A stretch of 64,000 nucleotides of DNA from an uncultured Planctomycetota bacterium (GTDB taxonomy: Bacteria; Planctomycetota; Phycisphaerae; Tepidisphaerales; Tepidisphaeraceae), in the NCBI GenBank assembly GCA_963841915.1, contig CAWJEN010000006.1:768001-832000 (forward strand), in the 5' to 3' direction. Both the position numbers and the translations under genes were made by a program. The notes beneath the pieces are model-generated. The model had not been told where the DNA came from, ran no database searches, and worked only from the letters and a program-made list of their open reading frames with translations. Positions 1 through 9,691 of this stretch are shown one piece after another; the stretch's first letter is position 1; the number at the start of each line of letters is the position of its first letter.

Positions 1-712
1 GCCGCCAATCGGCGTTGCGGTCGAACCCGCCGACGACAATGGTGCGGACCCGTCGACCCTCCTGGCGGAGCAGCGACGTCGCATCGAGCAACGGCACGAT
101 GCCCTTGTGCGGATAGAGAATCCCGAAGAACAAAAGGGCCGTCTCGTCAGGTGCGATGCCGAGCTCCAGTCGCCAGTCCCGACGTAATTCAGGCGTAACG
201 GGCACCTGGGCGATGTTGGATGCGATCGGGATCGTCACCGGCGACACCGGCCGAATGGGTCTGACCAGTCGCGACCACCGGCGGACGTGCAAGGCGTCGG
301 CTTCATCAACCACGACCGCTGCGTCAAGACCCATCAGCAGCGTTGATGCCCTCAACCGCCATCGCGTACGCATCGATTGCATCTCGTGAAGCGTGACGAC
401 AGACTTCTGCTTGCCGATGGCAGCCGGTAGTCGATTGAGCAGCATGCCACGGCCGCAGGCGACACCGGGATACTGGACGTGAACCAGGTCGTACTGCCGG
501 CACACGTCGACTGCCGCGGCGATGCTTTGCCGTGACCAATCCTCGATGATGCGGTGGGTTGTAAACGCATAGTCGTCGCTGACGTCGAGCTTGCGCGTGA
601 GGACGCCGACCGTGTCACCGGCTGCAGCAAGCGCTTCGGCGAGGTGGCGCGTGTAGTCACCCACGCCGTTGTGATCGGGTGGAAAGTCGCTGGTGACAAG
701 CAGCACACGCAT
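1..712 (-). CDS. Glycosyltransferase family 4, partial (runs off the left edge)
   Basis: Manual translation from ATG at 712: MRVLLVTSDFPPDHNGVGDYTRHLAEAL ... LLFFGILYPHKG, typical GT4 N- and C-domain motifs. Absent from the ORF track because no stop lies in the window. Confidence 0.85.
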   Translation of the reverse strand, partial: MRVLLVTSDFPPDHNGVGDYTRHLAEALAAAGDTVGVLTRKLDVSDDYAFTTHRIIEDWSRQSIAAAVDVCRQYDLVHVQYPGVACGRGMLLNRLPAAIGKQKSVVTLHEMQSMRTRWRLRASTLLMGLDAAVVVDEADALHVRRWSRLVRPIRPVSPVTIPIASNIAQVPVTPELRRDWRLELGIAPDETALLFFGILYPHKGIVPLLDATSLLRQEGRRVRTIVVGGFDRNADWR

Positions 713-714
713 CG

Positions 715-2034
715 TCAAACGACCTCCCGCTGCGGCAGACGAATGGCGGCGAAAGAGCAGACGGCGAAGAGGACGAATGTGCAGAACTGCGCGTGCGTGA
801 ACGCTGACTCGGCCACGCCGTGCACAAGGGCGGCGGCGCAGATTGAGATGGCGAACGCGGCGTCGGCCGACCAGAGGCCGCTCGATTCACGGCCGCGTGA
901 CAGCCACGCCAACGCCGAGGCGATGATCGTCAGCGGCCAGGCGATGAGGCCGACGAGTCCGAGGTTCAGCCACGCCTCGAGATACGCGTTGTGACCTTCG
1001 CTGATCGTAAAGCCGACGCGACGACTTACCGCACCGGCTCGATCGGCCGTCCAGAACGTGTCGTGGCCGTGCCCGACGACCATGCGTGCCGGGTCGACGG
1101 AAGCCGTCTCGATGGAATAGGCCCAGATGTCGGTGCGGCCGGTGAGCGTGGTGACATCACTCTCAGTGCGGCCCATGAGCGCGGCCTCCCAGATCGGCCC
1201 GAGAAGTCCGCTGTTGAACAGGAAGATGACGGCACTGACACCAATCCCGCCGACGACTGCGACGGCAACGGCACGACCAGGCTTCGTCACGAGCGTCGCC
1301 TGCAACGCCAGCGCCATGAGCGTAATGGCCAGTGCGGTTCGGCTGCGCGTGAACCACAGAATCAACATTGCGATGCCGAGCAGTGCGATGCGCCAGGGGC
1401 GACCGCGTGACGACGAGCTCAGGCCGTGCACCATCGCCATCGCCAGCAGCGTCGCCGTAAGGCCGCTGTGGTTGGGGCTCATGGAGCCCGAGAAACGCCA
1501 CGCGAGCGGGGCCGAGAGCAAATCGCGATATTGCCACTCGGAGACGATGCCCGCCGATAAACTCAAGACGCCGTAGACGACGACGATCGTGATGAGGTCG
1601 CGCATGACGAAGTGCTTCACCGTCGCCGCAGTGGCAGTGACGAGCGCGGTGAAGACAACGAGCCGCTTCAGCGTCAGCTCGCGGTTGTCGGACCACAGCG
1701 GCGACATGAACGCCCACACGACGATCGCCAGCAGCGGGTATAGAACGAGCCAGTTGACGCTGACTGGTTCGTCGCGATGCGATGGCACGACAAGCAGCAC
1801 GATCGAGACGGCAGCCAGACCAAGAAACGCGAGCTGCCGGGCGGCATTTCCGGAGGCGACCTTTTGTACCAGTCCGGCCACGTCAGCATCGCCGGTGTCC
1901 TGCCAAAGTAAAGGCGATTCCATGTTCTGCGTTGCGGCGAAGAAGCACGCGAGCACGAACAGCGACCACAACCAAATCGCCCACCCACGGGGCGGCGGTG
2001 CGGTGTCGAGCATTGGCTGGGCGACGAACGTCAC
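715..2034 (-). CDS. wzy: O-antigen ligase/Wzy polysaccharide polymerase family membrane protein
   Basis: Many TM segments; motifs T.SRT, TLTGRTDIW, GHG and HNAYLE; located in an EPS operon. Confidence 0.85.
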   Translation of the reverse strand: MTFVAQPMLDTAPPPRGWAIWLWSLFVLACFFAATQNMESPLLWQDTGDADVAGLVQKVASGNAARQLAFLGLAAVSIVLLVVPSHRDEPVSVNWLVLYPLLAIVVWAFMSPLWSDNRELTLKRLVVFTALVTATAATVKHFVMRDLITIVVVYGVLSLSAGIVSEWQYRDLLSAPLAWRFSGSMSPNHSGLTATLLAMAMVHGLSSSSRGRPWRIALLGIAMLILWFTRSRTALAITLMALALQATLVTKPGRAVAVAVVGGIGVSAVIFLFNSGLLGPIWEAALMGRTESDVTTLTGRTDIWAYSIETASVDPARMVVGHGHDTFWTADRAGAVSRRVGFTISEGHNAYLEAWLNLGLVGLIAWPLTIIASALAWLSRGRESSGLWSADAAFAISICAAALVHGVAESAFTHAQFCTFVLFAVCSFAAIRLPQREVV

Positions 2035-3305
2035 GTGCGGACCTCGCCTTCACCAAGCTGCATGAACGCAATGACGCGGTACAGATTGCTTGTGACGAGG
2101 CTGAAGACCATCGCCGCCGCTGCGCCGGCGACGCCGCGCTCACTGATGAGCCAGGCACCCGGTCCGAGCATAATGACCAGCGCCAGCACGTTGGCGTAGA
2201 AGTCGTGCCTCGCCCGGCCGATCGCAAACAGCCCGCGACTGGCGGCGAAGCCAAAGGCGTGCGCCAGCGTCGCTAGGCTCAGCATGCCGACGATGTGGCC
2301 GAAGCCGGCATATTTCTCCTTGTAAATCGTCAGAAACCACTCACCACCGAAGGTCGCGACGGCAACGTAAGGGATCATCGCGACGGCAAACACCATCGAC
2401 GCGTATCCGATGAAGCGCCGTAGCGCTGGCATGTCGTCCTCCGCCGCCTTATTCGCCACGGCGGGGCCGACGAGATTTTGCACGCCCATGAGAATCGGGT
2501 TGGCCAGTGCCGCGATGCCGAAACAGGCGGTCCACGTGCCGACTTCTTCGTCAGTTCGTAAGCCGCTCAACAGCCATGGGTAGCCGTGCGTGCCGAGCGT
2601 CCAGACGATGCCGCTGAGAAAGACCCAGCGGCTCAGCGGCCAAGTCGCTTTGAGGTCGGCGGCTGCTTGCGAGAGGTTCGGGCGAAACGATGTCCGCTTG
2701 GCGAGCAGCACCGCCACGAGTGCGACCAGGTTACCGCCACCGATGGCTACGAATGCCGTCGTCGCCGAGAGCATCTCGTAGTGCCAGAACGCCAGCAATC
2801 CACCGATCTGCAGCATCGCTGCTGTGGCGTCGAGTGCAAAGGCGTGGCCGGGCTTCCCCGTTGTATAGCAGAAGATTCGGGCAAAATGCCTCGCCAGCAC
2901 CGCCCACAGCACTGCCGCCAAGGCAAGTATCGTGGCACTGCCGATGACCAGTCCGACGATCGCGGCAATGACACCGGCGACGAGGCCGAAGCTCAGCGAG
3001 TGGACGAGCGCGCTGCCGTTGAAGCTCGCCCGCTCGAGCGGTCCGCGACGGGCCAGCAGCACCTGGTGCGGTGTCGTAACAAGGGCGTGATGCGCCTCTG
3101 TTGCCAACAGCAGGCCCGCGAGTGCGATGCCGTATCGGCCCAGCTCGCCTTGCGAGACGAAGTTGCCGAGGATGACCGTGGTGCCGAAGTTGGCAGCGCT
3201 GACAAGTGCCTGATCGCCCAGCGACAAGCCGAGCCGCAGGCCACGTCTTGCCGTATTGGCAAGGCGTGTGGCAGGGATGAAGTTGACCGGGGTCGCTGCT
3301 GTCAT
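2031..3305 (-). CDS. wzx: Wzx-type polysaccharide flippase
   Basis: Polytopic membrane protein with N-terminal DQALVSAANF, typical of the flippase family; 4-nt overlap with wzy. Confidence 0.8.
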   Translation of the reverse strand: MTAATPVNFIPATRLANTARRGLRLGLSLGDQALVSAANFGTTVILGNFVSQGELGRYGIALAGLLLATEAHHALVTTPHQVLLARRGPLERASFNGSALVHSLSFGLVAGVIAAIVGLVIGSATILALAAVLWAVLARHFARIFCYTTGKPGHAFALDATAAMLQIGGLLAFWHYEMLSATTAFVAIGGGNLVALVAVLLAKRTSFRPNLSQAAADLKATWPLSRWVFLSGIVWTLGTHGYPWLLSGLRTDEEVGTWTACFGIAALANPILMGVQNLVGPAVANKAAEDDMPALRRFIGYASMVFAVAMIPYVAVATFGGEWFLTIYKEKYAGFGHIVGMLSLATLAHAFGFAASRGLFAIGRARHDFYANVLALVIMLGPGAWLISERGVAGAAAAMVFSLVTSNLYRVIAFMQLGEGEVRT

Positions 3306-3390
3306 GAGACTCGGTGCCGTTCCAAAGCGTGCGGGTTCAGCCGCCGCGGTCTTGTAATCCGCGGCAGAAAGAGTGCGTCCCCACGCGTCG

Positions 3391-6120
3391 TCAAATTCGG
3401 CGATAGAGCCACGAAGGCACCGGGTACCGACGCTTGTTCAGCACGACGACGTCAATGGTCGCACCGGCCCGCGTCACACGGTCGATCGCACGGGCGGCCG
3501 CCTCGCGACGCAACCGATCGGCGTGCATGACGAGCACGCTCGTCTCACACAATGCCGCCAAGCGTGGACCGGCCTCTTCAACTGCCGACGAGGCGAACGT
3601 GCGGCCTTCACCGTCAAACTGCCCGTACACCGGTGGCACGTCGACGACGACGTGGCGGTAATGGCGACGCGCGATGGCGATCGCATTGCGAACGTCAGCA
3701 GTCCGCAGCGACGGAATGGTCGTGCGATCAAGACCGGCCGCCGGCGTGCGGGACACGTTCGGCAAGCACTCATCCCCCTTTGCGTCGACAAAGGTCGGCT
3801 CGGCGTTGTCGGTGGAATCGAGCAGCTGCATGAGCAGTGCCGGCTTCTTGTCGGCCACGTCACCGTCACGCCGTTCCCCGTCTTCGAGCACGCGTTCTGC
3901 CAGAACACCAGCAAGGTGAGCGGCAACGGTGGTCGTACCGCTGTTGGGTCGGGCGGCGACAACGCACACAGTGGGAGGCACGCGGCCGCCGCGCCCGCTT
4001 CGCTCTGCGGCGAGGATCAGCTGCTCCACGAGCCCACGGGCGTTGCGCCACACGGCTGCCGACGCGGCGGTTCGGTTGTGTCGACCCGACAGCTGCAGGT
4101 TGGGCATCTCGTCGCGATGCCACCACGCCTTGGCGTCGCGAACCACAGCCCAGACGACCAGCCGCACCGAGCGCCCGACGCGGCGGGGCGGAGCGGCAAG
4201 CGGTTCGTCCTCGATGCGTGCATCGGGGTCCTCGTCTTGCAGTTCGATGTCGTTAAGACCAAGGGCCGGGTCGTCGTCCAGGCCGATCGATCCATCGCTG
4301 CCTGCACCTGCGAAGCTGATGGCAGGCGTTGCTGCGACGGTGCGGGTGATCGGCGCGGGCTTGCGGTTGAAGGGCATCGTCACGACGTTGACCACGCCGT
4401 TGCCGAGCCAGACAAGCGCACGCGGCACACCGGTGACGACTTCTCGAATGACGGACCAGCTGATGTAGCGGGCGGCGGCAAAGAAGCCACGGGCCTGCCT
4501 GCGCGTACCGGCGGCGACATCGGTTCCGCGACGCCCGGCCGTACCGAAGACGGTGCCGATCGAGTGGACGAGGTCATCGAAGTAGTCGGCTGCACCTTTG
4601 GCGACGGCCTGGCCGCTTCGCAGACGCGGAATGCTCACGCACGCCTCGGCCGCCGCCGCAGACTTGCCGCTGAGGCGAAGCAGGTCATCGGGACGAGCGA
4701 CCGTGTGGTCGAGAGCGTCGGCCGCGAAAGCAGCTCCACCACCGGCCAGCGTCGCCATGAATAAGCCCGCGGCAAAGAGGAGCAGCCGGTTGGGCCCGCT
4801 CGGCTTCACCGGCAGGTTGGCCGGCTCCGTCACGCGAATGTTGCTGATGTTCGCCTGGTCGAGCTCCGTGTTGATGCGGGCGTCGTCGTACGCCTCGGCG
4901 TACGTGATGACGTTCTTCTCGAGAATGGCCGCTTCACGTTCGAGGTCGCCGATCGTGACCTCGGCCTTGTTGAGTCGGGCGAGCCCGCTGCGGGCGGCGT
5001 CAAGATCCGTCGTCAGACGCTCAAGCCGTGCCGCTTGTGCGTCGGCCGTCGCCCGCTCAGTCTCGATGCGAATGCTGAGCTGCTCGCGCACCGGGTTGAC
5101 GCTTGTCGTCGTCTCGGCGGCGACTTCGGCCTCGGCCAGCAGCCGCTCGGCCTCTGTAATCTGCGCTCGCGCGTTTCGGACCACCGGACTCGTCTCGACG
5201 TACCGCGTCGACAGATCCTGTTCTTCGAGACGCAGCTCGCTGAGCCGTGTGCGAAGCGTTTCGATGGAGCTGTTCGGGGCACCAGTCGTGCTGGCAGAAA
5301 TGACCTGCCGGGGCATGTTCTCGATGCGAGCTTCCAGACGCTCTGCTGTCGCCAGCGCACCGGCACGTTCAGCGTGGGCGGCGTCGGAGGCGGCTTCGAG
5401 TTCGCCGATGCGGCCGAGCAGGTTGGTCCGCTGCACGCTGACGTCGGAGACGCCTGCAGAGTCCTTGAAGGTGCGAAGCGTCGCCCGCACCGCGGCGAGT
5501 TCTGCCTCGGCAGTCGTCTGCTGGTCGGCGAAGAAGCCGGTGCCGCTCGTGTTGCGGTAGACGTCGCGGCGGATGCGGCGGAAGTTGTCGACGTACGCGT
5601 CGACCACGTCTTGTGCAAGCTGCGGCGTCTTGGCGGAATAGGCGACGGTCAGGTTGTTCGAGTCGGTCTTCACGCTCGTCGCGACGTCTTTCTGCAGTTC
5701 GTCAGCGGCCTCGGCGACGGCGCGAACGTCGTCGGCAGTGCCTCGGCCGATGATGCGGTCAGGTCCGACCTGGCGTGCGACGGCTTCTGCGACGCCGCGA
5801 CTGCCGAGCAGATTGACTTCGCTGTTGAGTTCGCTGTCGCGGTTCTGCATCGGGCGAGCGAACTCGCCGATGGTGGCCGTTGGATCAATTGCGCCTGACT
5901 CGCGGCCGAGGGTGACGAGCATCTCGGCCGAGCTCTGGTACTTGTCCGGCAGCAGCGTTGCCGCGGCTGACGTGAGGGCGAAGACACCGGCGAATGCGAG
6001 TAGTGCCTTTCGCTTGTGGCGGAACAGCACGTACAGCACGTCGCGCGGCGAGAAGGCGCTACGGGTGCGCTGATCAAGCTCGGCAGCGGCGACGGGTTGA
6101 GTCTGGTTGGTGTGCTTCAT
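3391..6120 (-). CDS. wzc: Wzc/GumC-like polysaccharide co-polymerase with degenerate C-terminal BY-kinase-like domain
   Basis: Wzz-type N-terminus (RDVLYVLFRHK, TM, YQSSA), long coiled coil, P.KPSGPNR plus TM2, then a P-loop-like domain (ARPNSGTTT, VVVDVPP). Confidence 0.85.
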   Translation of the reverse strand: MKHTNQTQPVAAAELDQRTRSAFSPRDVLYVLFRHKRKALLAFAGVFALTSAAATLLPDKYQSSAEMLVTLGRESGAIDPTATIGEFARPMQNRDSELNSEVNLLGSRGVAEAVARQVGPDRIIGRGTADDVRAVAEAADELQKDVATSVKTDSNNLTVAYSAKTPQLAQDVVDAYVDNFRRIRRDVYRNTSGTGFFADQQTTAEAELAAVRATLRTFKDSAGVSDVSVQRTNLLGRIGELEAASDAAHAERAGALATAERLEARIENMPRQVISASTTGAPNSSIETLRTRLSELRLEEQDLSTRYVETSPVVRNARAQITEAERLLAEAEVAAETTTSVNPVREQLSIRIETERATADAQAARLERLTTDLDAARSGLARLNKAEVTIGDLEREAAILEKNVITYAEAYDDARINTELDQANISNIRVTEPANLPVKPSGPNRLLLFAAGLFMATLAGGGAAFAADALDHTVARPDDLLRLSGKSAAAAEACVSIPRLRSGQAVAKGAADYFDDLVHSIGTVFGTAGRRGTDVAAGTRRQARGFFAAARYISWSVIREVVTGVPRALVWLGNGVVNVVTMPFNRKPAPITRTVAATPAISFAGAGSDGSIGLDDDPALGLNDIELQDEDPDARIEDEPLAAPPRRVGRSVRLVVWAVVRDAKAWWHRDEMPNLQLSGRHNRTAASAAVWRNARGLVEQLILAAERSGRGGRVPPTVCVVAARPNSGTTTVAAHLAGVLAERVLEDGERRDGDVADKKPALLMQLLDSTDNAEPTFVDAKGDECLPNVSRTPAAGLDRTTIPSLRTADVRNAIAIARRHYRHVVVDVPPVYGQFDGEGRTFASSAVEEAGPRLAALCETSVLVMHADRLRREAAARAIDRVTRAGATIDVVVLNKRRYPVPSWLYRRI

Positions 6121-6866
6121 CAGTCCAGGGTCGAGTCGATGCCGTAGGTCGTGTTGCCGAGCGTGCGGGTTGCCTGAATGCCATTGGGAATCACGCCACC
6201 GACGTACTGCTCGACAAACGTGTTGACGTTGGCGATAGCGGCACGTGGGACGTACACGTGATCACCGGGGGCCAAGGCGAACGGCTCAGTCGCCTCGCCG
6301 CGAAGGACGGGGCGAAGGTCCACGCGGTAGCCGACCCGTTGACCCTCGACCATTCGCATCACGATCACGTGACCCATCGCACTGGTGACGGGCAGGTGCC
6401 CACCGGCGAGCGTGATGGCTTGGAAAACATCGAGGCCGGCCGGCAGGCCGATGGCTCCGGGCTGGCGAACTTCACCGCCGATAAAGACGCGACGCTCGAG
6501 CGACTGACGAAGGATGACGGTGATTGTCGGGTCCTTGAGGTGCGCGGAGTAGCGGCTTTCAAGTTCCTCCTGGAGCTCACCGGGCTGACGACCGGCGGCG
6601 ACGACTTCGCCGACAAGCTGCAGCGAAATGACGCCGTCAGGGCGAATCGTCTGCTGATCGTCCAGCTCCGGGGCGGAGTAGAACTTGAACTCGATGACGT
6701 CACCGGCCGACAGAACCGTCGGGCGCGTGGTGACAGCCCGAGGGGCGGCTTCACGCGGCAGGGCTTGCACCTTTGTGCAGCCGGCGAGCGTCCCGGCGGC
6801 CGATGCGGCGGTGAGCAGGGTGAGCGTCAGATGGGTCGGGAGCTTTCTCATACGGCGGGCCTTCAT
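6120..6866 (-). CDS. wza: Polysaccharide export lipoprotein (Wza/Poly_export + SLBB)
   Basis: Lipobox LAGC; motifs LSAGDVI, IRPDGVISLQLVGEV, GGEVRQPG, LAPGDHVYVP. Start may be 6851. Confidence 0.9.
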   Translation of the reverse strand: MKARRMRKLPTHLTLTLLTAASAAGTLAGCTKVQALPREAAPRAVTTRPTVLSAGDVIEFKFYSAPELDDQQTIRPDGVISLQLVGEVVAAGRQPGELQEELESRYSAHLKDPTITVILRQSLERRVFIGGEVRQPGAIGLPAGLDVFQAITLAGGHLPVTSAMGHVIVMRMVEGQRVGYRVDLRPVLRGEATEPFALAPGDHVYVPRAAIANVNTFVEQYVGGVIPNGIQATRTLGNTTYGIDSTLD

Positions 6867-6920
6867 CCCGCTCGTCGCCCATCGGGCGGTGCAACTTAAG
6901 GTCCGCAGCAGGGAAGTGCG

Positions 6921-8117
6921 TCAAAAGCCACGCTTGAGGAAGACGGCCGGCAGGGTCTTGGCCAGCAGCGTGAAGTCGTGCACGACGCCGAACGACGTGG
7001 ACGTTTGGCGGACGTAGCGAAGGTCCATTCGCATCCAGTCGTCGAAGAGGACGCGACTGCGGCCATGAACTTGCCAGATGCAGGTAAGGCCGGGCGTGAC
7101 GTCGAGGCGTCGACGTTGCCACGGCTGGCAGGCGTCGCTTTCGACGACGGGCAGCGGGCGTGGGCCGACGAGGGTCATGTCGCCGCGGAGGATGTTCCAA
7201 AGCTGGGGCAATTCGTCGAGGCTCGTCTGACGAAGCAGGCGGCCGAACCGCGTGACGCGTGGGTCATGGCGGAGCTTGAAGGCAGGGCCGTCCTGTTCGC
7301 TGCCAGCCCGAAGGTTCAGTTCCGCCATGACGCGTTCGGCGTCGGTGACCATCGTGCGGAACTTGGCAATGTAGAAGGTGCGACCGCCGAGCCCGGTGCG
7401 GGCCTGCCAGAAGAGGGCCGGGCCGGAGCTATCGATGCGGACGAGCAGCCCGACGAGGAGCATGAGCGGGGCGAGCAACAGCATGCCGACGCTTGCCACC
7501 GCAAGGTCGATGCAACGCTTCCAAAGAGGCAGGCCTCGGGCAAAGCGGTGGGTGGTGTCGCAGGACGGTGCGTCGTGGCGACGCAGGGCCGCGGCCTCGT
7601 CGTCGGCGGTGCGGCTTGTGTCGCCAGTCGCATCGTGCGGGTAGGAAGCGACGACAAACTTGGGACGGACCGGCATGCGACTGGCGACGGCCTCGGCAAA
7701 TCGGGCGGCACCGTCGCGGCTGGTTTCGGGGAGCAGGACAACGAAGCAGTGCCGGACCGCACAGCCGAGCGACTCGCATAGCTGACGCGGCGCCGGTCCC
7801 AGCTCGTCGGTTTCACGCTTGCGGACATGAACGATCGTCGACAAATCTGCAGCGGCTTTGTAGGAACTGACGCCGAAGACCACGGTGGCGAACGAGCGAC
7901 CGGTCCGGTCGGCCAGCAGCCGGTCGCGGTGCATGCGACGACGCACGTCACGACGGGTCGGCAGGTCGAGCTTGACTGAGGTTCGCAGCCAGACACGACG
8001 AATTCGTCGGAGCAGACTGCGGGCACCATCCCTGGTGCTTGTGGGGGGTGATTCTTCAGTAGAATCGAAATTCTTAAGCAGCATCTTCTCGTATCTCCCT
8101 TGGCGTTTCCTCCTCAT
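6921..8117 (-). CDS. Priming sugar-phosphate transferase (Bac_transf) with extra N-terminal GGDEF-like region
   Basis: KRCIDL, KFRTM, DPRVTRFGRLLRQTSLDELPQLWNILRGDMTLVGPRP, PGLTCIWQV. Start uncertain. Confidence 0.9.
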   Translation of the reverse strand: MRRKRQGRYEKMLLKNFDSTEESPPTSTRDGARSLLRRIRRVWLRTSVKLDLPTRRDVRRRMHRDRLLADRTGRSFATVVFGVSSYKAAADLSTIVHVRKRETDELGPAPRQLCESLGCAVRHCFVVLLPETSRDGAARFAEAVASRMPVRPKFVVASYPHDATGDTSRTADDEAAALRRHDAPSCDTTHRFARGLPLWKRCIDLAVASVGMLLLAPLMLLVGLLVRIDSSGPALFWQARTGLGGRTFYIAKFRTMVTDAERVMAELNLRAGSEQDGPAFKLRHDPRVTRFGRLLRQTSLDELPQLWNILRGDMTLVGPRPLPVVESDACQPWQRRRLDVTPGLTCIWQVHGRSRVLFDDWMRMDLRYVRQTSTSFGVVHDFTLLAKTLPAVFLKRGF

Positions 8118-8423
8118 TCCGCAAGCCGATCCTGCGACGTTGTCCCCCCGGACGAGGCCGCATAATCATCCAGTACAGTCTCGCGGTCTGCCCCCGCTCA
8201 CACCGCTTTGTGACTTATTGGGCCACGTCACGATGCTGCTCTAAGTTACGTCAGGCCTGCCTTACGGATGCCACAGGATGAGCAAGAGTAGGTAGTTTTT
8301 AAGAGAGTCGTAACGCTCTATACGGCGCGGACCGTCTGTAGCGGCCGTGCTGAAAGTGCTGGCAATCATTAAGCGTGACGGCGGATCGGTCGATGCCAGG
8401 CGGACACCGCAGACCCGTCCGCC
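8118..8423. promoter_or_regulatory. Divergent intergenic control region of the EPS locus
   Basis: Less GC-rich gap of about 300 bp between two divergent operons; no specific site confidently identified. Confidence 0.45.
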
Positions 8424-9674
8424 ATGTCCACCAGTGCCCCCAGCTTCGCCAACTTCCCATGTCGCCTCTGTGGTGCGGCGGTACGTCGCAGCTTTGCCGA
8501 CCTCGGCGCTCATCCGTTCTGCCAGCGACACGTCACGCCCGACCGGTACTACGCCGCGGAGCCGAATTATCCGTTGCACGCCTTCGCCTGCGACGCGTGC
8601 CGCTTGGTGCAACTACCCGACGGCCCTGACCCTGCCGAGATCTTTGCGGACTACGCGTTCTTCAGCGGGTTCAGCGACACGTGGAAGCAGCACGTCAGTG
8701 CTTACGCCGACGAGATGGGCAAGCGGCTGGACCTAGACGGCAAGAGCCTTGCCGTCGAAGTCGCTAGCAACGACGGCACGCTGCTCAAGGCGTTTCAGGA
8801 TCGCGGCGTTCCCGTCCGTGGCATCGAGCCGGCCGAGAATGTCGCCGACGCCGCCAATGAAGCGGGTGTGCCGACGGAAGCGTTCTTTCTCGGCCAAGCG
8901 ACCGCTGAAGAGTTCGTGCTCCGCAATGGCCCGGCCGACGTCGTCGCGGCCAACAACGTGCTGGCCCACGTGCCGAACCTCAACGACTTCGTCGCCGGTC
9001 TGGTGACGCTGCTGAAGCCTGAAGGCGTGCTGACCGTCGAGTTCCCACACGTCCGCCGCCAGCTCGATGAGAATCAATTCGACACGATCTACCACGAGCA
9101 CTGGAGCTACTTCTGGTTCTCGACGGCCAAGCTCGCCTTCGAGCGACACGGACTTCGCGTCTTCGACGTCAAGCTCACCGAAACGCACGGCGGCAGCGCC
9201 CGCTGCTATTGCTGTCGGGCTGATGCTTCGCACGTGGAAGCGCCTGCCGTCGCCGAGCAGCTTCGCCTCGACGCCGACGCCGGTCGCGAGTGCGACGAGA
9301 CCTACGACCGCTTTGCTGAACGCGTCCGCGAGACGAAGCGCGAGCTGCTCAGCTTCCTCATCGCCGCCAAGCGCGACGGAAAGCGGATCTGCGCGTACGG
9401 CGCGCCCGGTAAGGGCAACACGATGCTCAACTACTGCGGCATCGGCACCGACATGATCGACTTCACCGTCGATCGCAACCCCAAGAAGCAAGGCAACTAC
9501 CTGCCCGGAAGCCGTATTCCGATCAAGTCGCCCGACGACCTGCTCGCGGCCAGGCCCGACTACGTGCTGATTCTGCCTTGGAACCTCAAGGACGAGATCG
9601 CACAGCAGATGAACGAGATCCGCCAATGGGGCGGCCAGTTCGTCGTGCCGATCCCGACCGTCACCGTCTTCTAA
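8424..9674 (+). CDS. NDP-sugar C-methyltransferase family (Zn-binding N-terminus, class I SAM)
   Basis: CRLC...CDAC zinc site; EVASNDG, NNVLAHVP, FDTIYHEH, YGAPGKGNT, ILPWN. Confidence 0.9.
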   Translation: MSTSAPSFANFPCRLCGAAVRRSFADLGAHPFCQRHVTPDRYYAAEPNYPLHAFACDACRLVQLPDGPDPAEIFADYAFFSGFSDTWKQHVSAYADEMGKRLDLDGKSLAVEVASNDGTLLKAFQDRGVPVRGIEPAENVADAANEAGVPTEAFFLGQATAEEFVLRNGPADVVAANNVLAHVPNLNDFVAGLVTLLKPEGVLTVEFPHVRRQLDENQFDTIYHEHWSYFWFSTAKLAFERHGLRVFDVKLTETHGGSARCYCCRADASHVEAPAVAEQLRLDADAGRECDETYDRFAERVRETKRELLSFLIAAKRDGKRICAYGAPGKGNTMLNYCGIGTDMIDFTVDRNPKKQGNYLPGSRIPIKSPDDLLAARPDYVLILPWNLKDEIAQQMNEIRQWGGQFVVPIPTVTVF

Positions 9675-9691
9675 TCCAAACAACGAACCTC

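Noticed and set aside
8209..8232. GTGAC...GTCAC inverted repeat as a CRP/FNR site in the EPS control region
   Set aside because: The spacing does not match TGTGA-N6-TCACA, and a 5-bp match is expected by chance.
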